A stretch of DNA of 54,549 bases, taken from assembly GCA_964586045.1 (NCBI GenBank), contig CAZPFY010000003.1, positions 1 to 54,549 on the forward strand, written 5' to 3'. Every line of letters begins with the position of its first letter. Positions within the stretch are counted from its first letter, which is position 1. This stretch comes from an uncultured Pseudomonadales bacterium. GTDB lineage: Bacteria; Patescibacteriota; Microgenomatia; UBA1400; MFAQ01. The translations under genes and the position numbers were made by a program. Shown here in pieces: positions 27,354 through 34,453 of the stretch. The notes under the pieces were generated by a model. It had not been told where the DNA came from. It saw nothing but the letters and a program-made list of their open reading frames with translations, and did no database searches.

Positions 27354-28832
27354 ATGGCAAGTAGACTAGACGAAATACTTAAGGAGAGGGAAAAGAAGAT
27401 TGATAATCTTAAACTTATTGGAATTGAACTTTATCCGGCTAAAGCTCACAAAGATTTGGCGAACAAAGAGGTGGTGGATAACTTTGAGAAATACAACGGT
27501 AAGATAATGACTTTGGCAGGAAGAATTATGGCTTGGAGGGAACATGGAAAACTTATTTTTGGTCAAATAATGGACCAAAGTGGTCGAATTCAGCTTTTTA
27601 TTCGCTCTGATATTTTGGAAATTACTAATAAAGAGAAACAATTTATTGGTTTTGAAGATTTGGAACTACTTGATATTGGAGATATTATCGAAGCTAATGG
27701 AGAAGTGGTAAAGACTAGAACTGGCGAGGTATCGCTGATGGTTAATTCGATTCGGCTACTTACTAAGTCTCGTTTACCACTACCTGATAAATGGGAGGGA
27801 ATAAACAATCCAGATGAGGCGATGAGAAAGAGATACCTGGATCTATTGATGAATCCAGAAAAAATGAGAAGATTTGAGAGGAAGTCAAAGTTTTGGGATA
27901 GTGCGAGAAGCTTTTTGAAAGAGAGAGGGTTTATGGAAGTTGAAACACCGGTGCTGGAGAGCGTTACTGGAGGGGCGGACGCACGACCATTCGTAACCCA
28001 CATGAATTCGATTGACCAAGATTTTTTCCTGAGAATTTCAACCGAGCTTTATCAAAAAAGATTGATTGGGGCTGGCTTTGAAAAAATATATACCTTGGCA
28101 CCAAATTTTCGCAATGAAGGAATGGATGATGAGCATTTGCCGGAGTATTACTCGATCGAGTGGTATTGGGCTTACGCTGATTATAGAGATAACATGGAGT
28201 TAACTAAGGAGCTGTATCGATATGTTGTTAAAGAAGTTTATGGAAAGACAGAATTTGAGAGTCGAGGGATGAAGTATGATTTGGCGGACGAATGGGAGGA
28301 AATTGATTATTTGAGTGTGATAAAGGAAAAAATTGGGATTGATATCATCGAATCTAGTGATGCAGAAATGCTAGAAGCTATAAAAAAGGTGGGAGTGAAA
28401 CTGACGGGGGAGGTTAATCGAGCAAGGCTTGTAGATAACTGCTGGAAAGTGGTTCGAAAGACAATTGCCGGTCCCGCATTTCTTCTCAATGAGCCCAAGT
28501 TTATGTCTCCTTTGGCGAAAAGTAAGTCTGATGATCCAGAAATTACCGAAAGATTTCATATTATTTTGGCTGGATCAGAACTGGGAAATGGTTATTCGGA
28601 ATTGAATGATCCTGTTGATCAAAGAGAACGCTTTGAGGAACAAGAAAAAGCTAGAGAGAAGGGCGATGAGGAGTCGCAAATGATGGATACCGATTTTGTG
28701 GATATGCTTTCTTATGGCATGCCACCTACTTCTGGGTTTGGAATGTCTGAGAGACTATTTTGGTTTTTGGAAGATGTGTCTGGAAGGGAAGGGACACTGT
28801 TTCCGCCTTTAAGAACGAAAAAAGAGCAATAA
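27354..28832 (+). CDS. lysS: lysyl-tRNA synthetase, class II
   Basis: 492 aa; N-terminal OB anticodon-binding domain, class II motifs (FRNEG, GSELGNGYSEL, GMPPTSGFGMSERL); TAGAAT 7 nt before the ATG. Confidence 0.95.
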   Translation: MASRLDEILKEREKKIDNLKLIGIELYPAKAHKDLANKEVVDNFEKYNGKIMTLAGRIMAWREHGKLIFGQIMDQSGRIQLFIRSDILEITNKEKQFIGFEDLELLDIGDIIEANGEVVKTRTGEVSLMVNSIRLLTKSRLPLPDKWEGINNPDEAMRKRYLDLLMNPEKMRRFERKSKFWDSARSFLKERGFMEVETPVLESVTGGADARPFVTHMNSIDQDFFLRISTELYQKRLIGAGFEKIYTLAPNFRNEGMDDEHLPEYYSIEWYWAYADYRDNMELTKELYRYVVKEVYGKTEFESRGMKYDLADEWEEIDYLSVIKEKIGIDIIESSDAEMLEAIKKVGVKLTGEVNRARLVDNCWKVVRKTIAGPAFLLNEPKFMSPLAKSKSDDPEITERFHIILAGSELGNGYSELNDPVDQRERFEEQEKAREKGDEESQMMDTDFVDMLSYGMPPTSGFGMSERLFWFLEDVSGREGTLFPPLRTKKEQ

Positions 28833-28863
28833 AAAAGCCCCGGATTCGGGGCTTTTGATTTTT
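28831..28863. terminator. bidirectional intrinsic terminator (lysS / candidate ncRNA X1)
   Basis: AGCCCC-ggattc-GGGGCT flanked by A6 and T-rich runs. Confidence 0.75.
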
Positions 28864-29029
28864 GACCGAGAGATAAAGACATTATTCTGCTGGTGTCTCT
28901 TCCTGCAGAACCAAGTGGAGACCACTGTTTATCAGTTTCACAGTGCACTTGCCGCTTTTTCCGCATTGGCCCAATTGCCTAGCTGCATCATGTCTTGACT
29001 CGGCCAGGCAGAGAAAAAACTGCTTGGAT
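28834..29029 (-). ncRNA. candidate ncRNA X1 (~195 nt), unclassified
   Basis: Minus-strand TTGACA (29064-59), 17 nt, TAACAT (29041-36) upstream; ends at the 28831-28863 terminator. No credible ORF (only a 17-codon ORF without SD). Mutually exclusive helices: TCTGCCTGG/CCAGCAGA versus GGCCGAG/CTCGGTC and GACAT/ATGTC. Confidence 0.3.
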
Positions 29030-29091
29030 GTGAGTATGTTACAACCTATATTAATATTTGTCAAGTGGTATAGAAGTGGGTATTTTTGGCA

Positions 29092-29350
29092 AAAAAAAGC
29101 CCCACCTTTGTAGTTTGCAAAGGTGGGCACCGTCGTCGCGAACGCCGACGGGGTGTGTGGTGGAGTAGGGCGCCTTCCAGAAACCTGTAGCTTGGCAGAC
29201 ACGGCTTAACGCGCTGTTTCGCATCTGGTGTGAGGGTAAGCTCGGGAACATGTTTCCCGCACCTCAGCTTGTGAGCATCTTACTCACTCTGCTTTTAAAC
29301 TCCACCTTCGACCCAACCTGAGGCTCACCCCAAGCAATTAAGGTCGAGAT
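29092..29350 (-). ncRNA. candidate ncRNA X2 (~260 nt), unclassified
   Basis: Consensus minus-strand promoter TTGACA (29385-80), 17 nt, TAAAAT (29362-57). Terminator GCCCACCTTTG-caaacta-CAAAGGTGGGGC plus U8 (29091-29130). Several GC-rich helices including a UUCG-capped hairpin. All ORFs here are low-complexity shadows. Confidence 0.5.
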
Positions 29351-29437
29351 GGGGAGATTTTATGACTATAGGTAGTTTTTGTCAAGTTCTTGGGTGATAT
29401 AATATCCTATATCATCTTTTAAAAGCTGGAGGAAGCT

Positions 29438-29752
29438 GTGGAAAAAGCGGAAATGGAAGCGATTGTTGATTCTTTACGATCGAATCAAGATGTGGTGGTC
29501 CGATTTAAGACTGCTACATATGAAGATCTAATGGTTCTAATAGATCTTTATCTGATGTACTACTTGCACTTGAATAAGCTTGCCTGCGATAAACTAGATA
29601 ACGCTTTTTTGCTTGTACTTTTGGAGAAGGAGATTGAGGATAGGAGTTTTGAAGTAAATACTTGGCATCACTTTGACGATCAGGCAAAAATGGTCTGGAA
29701 AGAGAAGTTGCTGCCTTGCCTTGAAGCAATTGAAATTAAAAAGACCCCGTGA
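29438..29752 (+). CDS. hypothetical protein (104 aa)
   Basis: GTG start behind GGAGG SD; TGaTATAAT promoter at 29393-29401; terminator overlaps the stop codon. Confidence 0.45.
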   Translation: MEKAEMEAIVDSLRSNQDVVVRFKTATYEDLMVLIDLYLMYYLHLNKLACDKLDNAFLLVLLEKEIEDRSFEVNTWHHFDDQAKMVWKEKLLPCLEAIEIKKTP

Positions 29753-29767
29753 GGGGTCTTTTCTTTT
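29737..29767. terminator. bidirectional intrinsic terminator (29438 ORF / hsp20)
   Basis: AAGACCCC-gtga-GGGGTCTT flanked by A- and T-runs. Confidence 0.75.
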
Positions 29768-29787
29768 GCTTGTTGCCGTTAGAACTT

Positions 29788-30198
29788 TTAGGATTTCTTG
29801 ACAGAAATCTTTTTTGGTTGCGCCTCGGCTAACTTTTTGAAAGTTACTTTCATAACGCCATTTTTGTACTCGGCATCTGGTTCACTTTTTTCGTCAATAT
29901 CGCCAGGGACAGCAAGTCGGTAGCTAAAAGAGTTGGAGGAGTAGCGATAAAACTTGCGTTTTTTGTTTTCTTCTTCCTCTTTCTTTTCACCTCTTAGCCA
30001 AAGCTGGCCTTTGTGATAGGTGACTTCGATGTCTTCGCTTTCTAGGCCAGGCATGTTGGCCTCGATGTAAACGTTTTTTTCATCTTCGGAAACTGAAAGG
30101 TCGGAACCTGTTACCGTAGGAGCAAAGAAGTCGTCGTCGCTTAATAATGATTTGGTCGGGAAGGACCAGAAGGATTTGGGGACTATATCTAATGACAT
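29788..30198 (-). CDS. small heat-shock protein, Hsp20/alpha-crystallin family
   Basis: 136 aa; alpha-crystallin domain (DLSVSEDEKNVYIEANMPG..., AEYKNGVMKVTFKK). Confidence 0.9.
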   Translation of the reverse strand: MSLDIVPKSFWSFPTKSLLSDDDFFAPTVTGSDLSVSEDEKNVYIEANMPGLESEDIEVTYHKGQLWLRGEKKEEEENKKRKFYRYSSNSFSYRLAVPGDIDEKSEPDAEYKNGVMKVTFKKLAEAQPKKISVKKS

Positions 30199-30240
30199 AT
30201 GTTTTAGAATATGTAATTAATAAATAGTAATTGATAACAA

Positions 30241-30267
30241 TTAGCAGTCTAATACAATGACTGCCAA
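30241..30267. promoter_or_regulatory. CIRCE-like inverted repeat upstream of hsp20
   Basis: TTAGCAGTC-N9-GACTGCCAA versus CIRCE TTAGCACTC-N9-GAGTGCTAA; overlaps a minus-strand TTGACA promoter (30275-30270). Confidence 0.55.
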
Positions 30268-30292
30268 CTTGTCAAGAGGTTTTTGAAAAGAA

Positions 30293-30393
30293 AAAAGCCT
30301 CTATAAAGAGGCTTTGGATTTTTGGAGCGGGTGAAAGAAGCTGTTGAGTGGATTCAACAGAGGGTTCGACCTTCACCCGCACGAGAAACTTAC
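30293..30393 (-). ncRNA. candidate small RNA X3 (~100 nt)
   Basis: Minus-strand TTGACT (30427-22), 16 nt, TAGAAT (30405-00). Long hairpin GCGGGUGAA...UUCACCCGC followed by UCCA. Then terminator AAAGCCTCT-ttat-AGAGGCTTT plus U-run (30294-30315). Confidence 0.4.
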
Positions 30394-30445
30394 AGGTTGA
30401 TTCTAATATGTAAATATTAAAAGTCAATAGGTGTATAATTTGGAT

Positions 30446-30586
30446 TAGTTAAATTGTTTCGGTGATCCGACTACCAATCGGGGAGAAGCAGGTATGAAAC
30501 ACCAACGTTTCGGAACTAAGAGCTACTAAGAAGCAGGATGGAACCGCCCCAAAAGGGCTCCTGCACAAGGTAGTTTTTTTGTTTTT
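30446..30586 (+). ncRNA. candidate RNA X4 / thrS-upstream leader (~140 nt)
   Basis: TGTATAAT at 30432-30439; closing helix CTACC...GGTAG followed by T7; internal hairpins TCGG-tgat-CCGA, GAAAC-accaac-GTTTC, GCCC-caaaa-GGGC; duplicated GAAGCAGG. Confidence 0.3.
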
Positions 30587-30595
30587 ATTATTAGC

Positions 30596-30779
30596 AATTT
30601 AAATTTAAATCGTGCGCCTTGCTACATTCTTTTTTGGCGACCGATAGTTCCAGCTTTCCTGCGGAGCTGGCCTATCTACATTCTCGTCCCAATTTCCCGC
30701 TAAAGCGGGACCAAGCAAATTGGGACTGTGAAAGTTCGCAAAAAGAAAATAGCTTTGACGCTTTTTAAATTTAAAATTA
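30596..30779. repeat. structured intergenic element, copy SR-C
   Basis: Outer helix aatttaaatttaaat/atttaaatttaaaatt. Core GGCGACCGATAGTTCCAGCT-ttcctgcgg-AGCTGGCCTATCTACAT matches SR-B. CCCAATT[TCCCGC-taaa-GCGGGA ccaagca]AATTGGG is a compensated version of the SR-B helices. Confidence 0.75.
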
Positions 30780-30789
30780 GTAACAAAAA

Positions 30790-32055
30790 ATGGATAATAA
30801 ACCACAAAATAATATAGAAGAAAATTTGGATCCAAGAGATCATCGAGTCTTGGGGAGAGAGTTGGACTTGTTTACTTTTTCGGATACGGTGGGAAAAGGA
30901 TTGCCTCTTTGGACTTCGCGTGGAGCAACTTTTCGACGAGAGTTGGAAAGATTTGTGGTAGATACCGAGCTAGCTTGGGGATACCAACATGTTTACACGC
31001 CAGATATTGCCAAGATTGACTTGTATAAAAAGTCTGGACACTATCCTTACTACAAGGACACGATGTATGCACCGATTGATGTCGATGGTGAAGAATTTAT
31101 GCTTCGTCCAATGACATGTCCTCATCACTTTGAACTTTATTTGAGTAAACCAAGAAGCTATCGCGAACTGCCTATGAGAATTGCGGAGATGGCTAAGCTG
31201 TATCGCTATGAATTATCGGGGGTCTTGTCTGGACTTACTCGAGTTCGCTCGTTTTGTCTCGCTGACGCGCACATAATCTGTGCTGACGCAGAGCAAGCTC
31301 ACAAAGAGATTGCGGGGGCACTAGACCTTATCGACTATATGGCTGGGGTGTTTGGTTTGAAAATGGGAGAGAATTATAAATATCGATTGTCTTTGGGGGA
31401 TAGAGAAAATAAAGAGAAGTATTTTGATGACCCGAAAGCCTGGGAAGAATCTGAAGAGATACTGCGAAAAGTTCTTAAGGAAAGAAATGTGGAGTTTGTG
31501 GAAGCAAAAGACGAAGCAGCATTTTATGGTCCAAAAATCGATGTTCAAATGACCAAAATGAATGGCGTGGAGGAGACGGCCTTTACTGTTCAGTATGACT
31601 TTGTAATGCCCACCAGGTTTGATCTGAAGTTTGTTGATAATAATGGAGAGGAGAAGCGACCTTTGGTGGTACACCGATCGAGCATTGGAGCGATTGAAAG
31701 AATTGCCGCCTTTTTGTTGGAACATTTCAACGGTGCCTTGCCGGTTTGGCTTTCGCCGGTGCAAGTAAAAGTTTTGCCAATCTCAGAAAAGGTTTTTGAG
31801 TACGCCTTGGAAGTAACTGAGGCTCTTAAAAAAAGCGGTATTCGGGTGGAACTGGACAATGAATCTGAATCTCTCGGTAAAAAAATCCGTAATGCGGAAA
31901 GTATGAAAATTCCTTACATGATAATTGTGGGTGAAAAAGAAGCGGAAAATAAAACAGTTTCGCTGCGCGCTCGTGGACATAAGGATTTGGGAGTGATGAG
32001 TATTGGTGAGGTAGCTGAAAAAGTTGGCAAAGAAATTAAAGAAAAAACGATATAG
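30790..32055 (+). CDS. thrS: threonyl-tRNA synthetase, catalytic core plus anticodon-binding domain only (no TGS/editing domain)
   Basis: 421 aa starting at the core motif PRDHRVLGRELDLF; zinc-site MTCPHH, class II motifs, C-terminal anticodon-binding domain. Confidence 0.9.
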   Translation: MDNKPQNNIEENLDPRDHRVLGRELDLFTFSDTVGKGLPLWTSRGATFRRELERFVVDTELAWGYQHVYTPDIAKIDLYKKSGHYPYYKDTMYAPIDVDGEEFMLRPMTCPHHFELYLSKPRSYRELPMRIAEMAKLYRYELSGVLSGLTRVRSFCLADAHIICADAEQAHKEIAGALDLIDYMAGVFGLKMGENYKYRLSLGDRENKEKYFDDPKAWEESEEILRKVLKERNVEFVEAKDEAAFYGPKIDVQMTKMNGVEETAFTVQYDFVMPTRFDLKFVDNNGEEKRPLVVHRSSIGAIERIAAFLLEHFNGALPVWLSPVQVKVLPISEKVFEYALEVTEALKKSGIRVELDNESESLGKKIRNAESMKIPYMIIVGEKEAENKTVSLRARGHKDLGVMSIGEVAEKVGKEIKEKTI

Positions 32056-32056
32056 C

Positions 32057-33079
32057 ATGACCAGTGAACAAGTATCTACATTTTTGGTCGATAGACTAAA
32101 AAACCGTAAAGAGTACAGTTTGACCGGTGAAGATAAAGAACTTATAGAAGAAGGTAGAATTGTTGACTTTATTATTACTAGATTAACATCTGGAAAATAT
32201 AGAAAAAATAAATTAGATGAAGTATCTAGGGTGAATATTGAGAAAAGAGTTAGGATTCAGGTAGAGAATAATGAGCCAATTCGTTTAACATTTCCATTTG
32301 GTGGTTATAAAAATTATCAAATGCAAAGTTATCCACTAGTTGATTGGGCGGAGTTTTTTGTAGTGGCGTATTACTCTGACTACATGAATCAAATCGTGCC
32401 GTTTTACAAGCCAGGGGCAGTGCTTGAGTTTTGTAGCGATGAGATAGCTCTTGAGAAAATTGACAATGTCCCTTTGGATAAAACTCAAGATTACAATGAG
32501 TCATTTTCTAATCTTATTGCGTTGTTTTCAAAATTTTTACCTGATAATCTGGTAATAAAGCTGGTCAGAGTAAGAGATGTATACGAAAGCGAAGACGATC
32601 TTTGGGGAGAACTTGCAAAAGGAATGGAGATGACTAAAAGCAATTGGGATAACTTCGATGAAGTCAAAAAGGAGGGGAGAAAATCGATGTTTAAACTTAA
32701 TTATATTTTTCCTAATGGTGAAGGTTGGGAACAAATGAGCGAGAATGACAGAGGTGAGATGATGAGAAAAAATACATCCTTTCATGACGCTTATTTAGCT
32801 TTGTCAAAAAGAAAGCAATTGGTTCGTGGTGAAGATAAAATTGTTATCTTTCCGTTTCCTCTGCCCGATGCGGTTTCTTTGGGAAGTACTAAGTATTCAG
32901 TCGCTAAATTTTGGAGCGGTTATGGAGCTCTAAAAATAGTAAACGACCAAATTCAAGATTGCGTGATGTCTCCAGATAAGCTAGCCCTGACAAACTTTGA
33001 AGAGGTCGCAGTGAGCGGTATAGATTTGGTTGGATTTGACAAAATTAGGGTTTACAAAGATAACAAAAATACCATTTAA
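32057..33079 (+). CDS. PvcA/Dit1-like protein (isonitrile-synthase family), tentative
   Basis: Start set at ATG 32057, 1 nt after the thrS stop. IRLTFPFGGYKN...PLVDWAE...YKPGAVLEFCSDE resembles, from memory, PvcA IHFVLPAFPAKSPN...PLPDMAE...YAPGARLTICSDG. Confidence 0.35.
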   Translation: MTSEQVSTFLVDRLKNRKEYSLTGEDKELIEEGRIVDFIITRLTSGKYRKNKLDEVSRVNIEKRVRIQVENNEPIRLTFPFGGYKNYQMQSYPLVDWAEFFVVAYYSDYMNQIVPFYKPGAVLEFCSDEIALEKIDNVPLDKTQDYNESFSNLIALFSKFLPDNLVIKLVRVRDVYESEDDLWGELAKGMEMTKSNWDNFDEVKKEGRKSMFKLNYIFPNGEGWEQMSENDRGEMMRKNTSFHDAYLALSKRKQLVRGEDKIVIFPFPLPDAVSLGSTKYSVAKFWSGYGALKIVNDQIQDCVMSPDKLALTNFEEVAVSGIDLVGFDKIRVYKDNKNTI

Positions 33080-33080
33080 T

Positions 33081-33665
33081 ATGATGAAGATATGTTTGTG
33101 CAGACACGGGCAAACTACAGGGGATATAGAAGATAGATATGGCGGCGATTATGATGATCATTTGACCGATCTTGGTATTTCTCAGGCGCAGGCATTGGCA
33201 GATTCTCTAAAATCTAGGGGAATCGAGAAGATATTTGTGAGTCCACTGATAAGGGCTAGGGAGACGGCAGAAATATTGGGGCAAGTTCTCAATCTGGTTC
33301 CTGAAGTGATTCCGGATCTAAAGGAAAGAAATCGAAATGGGATTTTGACCGGGATGATCAAGTCGGAAGCAAAGGAAAAATACCCAGAAGTTGTTTCGGT
33401 ACTAAGTGATTACAGAAACGCTATTGAAGGAGCGGAAGGCTTGGATGACTTTGAGAAAAGGATAAACCGATCAATTGAGATGATTTCTAAAACTAATTAT
33501 AAAACCATTGTGATCGTGACTCACGGTGGGCCAATACTCACAATATTAAGGGCGATAGAGGACGCGCCAGATTATAAAATTGAGGATTGTGGATTTGCGG
33601 AACTATTGTCAGATCATGGAAAAATGACGGTTTCCAAACTAAATGGCATTACAAAGGTTGAATGA
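33081..33665 (+). CDS. histidine phosphatase family protein (phosphoglycerate-mutase-like)
   Basis: Start set at ATG 33081, 1 nt after the preceding stop; RHGQT catalytic motif, SPLIRARETA, THGG. Confidence 0.8.
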   Translation: MMKICLCRHGQTTGDIEDRYGGDYDDHLTDLGISQAQALADSLKSRGIEKIFVSPLIRARETAEILGQVLNLVPEVIPDLKERNRNGILTGMIKSEAKEKYPEVVSVLSDYRNAIEGAEGLDDFEKRINRSIEMISKTNYKTIVIVTHGGPILTILRAIEDAPDYKIEDCGFAELLSDHGKMTVSKLNGITKVE

Positions 33666-33798
33666 GAAGTGAATCGTGCTAATAATGTTTGCTGGTCAGC
33701 AACAATAAATAAGACGAGCTAAGCGATTGGTCTATTTTTGAGACAAAAAATTGAAAAGAGATAGAAAAACCCCCTACGAGGCGTAGGGGGTTCGGTCT

Positions 33799-34149
33799 TT
33801 ATCGTTCCCAACCTTCTGGGTGGAGGTATTGATGTAAGAATTGTGGTGCAGCTTGGGTGAGGAAATTCACTGTATTGAGAGTGCAAACCTTTTTCTTTCC
33901 CCAAATGATCTTAATTGAGTCGCTTTCTCGAAGGTCAATGATTACTTCCATATTTTCGTCTGGCAAGTATGGTTTTCTTATGAGACCAGTGGGGGTGGCG
34001 ATTGCCAAACACAGTGCGGTAAGGTCGTTCGGTGTTAGTGGTAAACAATAACTATTTTCTTCTTCTGAGGTTAGTTGTACGGTTGTTGGTTCTGAATCGT
34101 GATGAATAATGGTAGCCCAGCCCCTGTTGTCTAAAGTCATTAGGTTCAA
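33799..34149 (-). CDS. hypothetical protein (116 aa)
   Basis: TTG start 6 nt behind AGGAGG SD; intrinsic terminator CCCCCTACG-cctc-GTAGGGGG plus U-run downstream; no family recognised. Confidence 0.45.
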   Translation of the reverse strand: MNLMTLDNRGWATIIHHDSEPTTVQLTSEEENSYCLPLTPNDLTALCLAIATPTGLIRKPYLPDENMEVIIDLRESDSIKIIWGKKKVCTLNTVNFLTQAAPQFLHQYLHPEGWER

Positions 34150-34267
34150 GTCGTGCCTCCTGTAAATGTGATTTGGGTTATTTTAACATACTTAACCCTA
34201 TAATTTTAATGGAGGCAACAAAGTACGAAATGATGTCAAATATTCAAAGCTGATGTATTATTGAGTA

Positions 34268-34438
34268 ATGGTGCAAATGGTTGGTTTGACGAGACATGGA
34301 CGGTTTAGGATACCAATGAAAATGTTGGTCAAGTATGGTAAGGATAGACCAAAAAAAGTAACAATAGAAGATCTTGGGAATGGATGGTTGGTAAAGTTGC
34401 TACCAAATGACAAGAGGCTGCTTGCTAAGAATAAATAG
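34268..34438 (+). CDS. AbrB/SpoVT/MazE-type small DNA-binding protein (56 aa), not in the ORF track
   Basis: MVQMVGLTRHGRFRIPMKMLVKYGKDRPKKVTIEDLGNGWLVKLLPNDKRLLAKNK: the GRxxIP..... looped-hinge-helix pattern; TATTAT 6 nt before the ATG. Confidence 0.4.
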   Translation: MVQMVGLTRHGRFRIPMKMLVKYGKDRPKKVTIEDLGNGWLVKLLPNDKRLLAKNK

Positions 34439-34453
34439 GGTAAAATTGGTGAC

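Noticed and set aside
28712-29251. Minus-strand ORFs 28712..28966, 28882..29202 and 29051..29251.
   Set aside because: They run through intrinsic terminators, the lysS 3' end and GC-rich helices of the candidate ncRNAs. None has an SD or a TAnnnT-N6/7 start.
29092-29350. X2 as tmRNA, because of the GGGGUGA...GGUUGGGUCGAAGG 5' end.
   Set aside because: There is no T-arm (GGUUCGAnUCC) before the 3' end, and no acceptor 3' strand ending in ACCA. No plausible tag reading frame ends in hydrophobic residues plus a stop. At ~260 nt it is also short. No GGAAAGUCC-type RNase P P4 sequence is present either.
8181-30779. SR-A/B/C as MITEs, or as remnants of an IS or group II intron.
   Set aside because: The terminal inverted repeats differ in sequence between copies while staying complementary. 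No target-site duplications, transposase or reverse transcriptase are nearby. Hammerhead-like CUGAGUA lacks the required CUGANGA/GAAA core.
30446-30789. A T-box or other known riboswitch in front of thrS.
   Set aside because: There is no GGUGGUACCG T-box sequence, no specifier-loop S-turn and no antiterminator/terminator alternative that I could draw. The region is instead occupied by X4 and SR-C.
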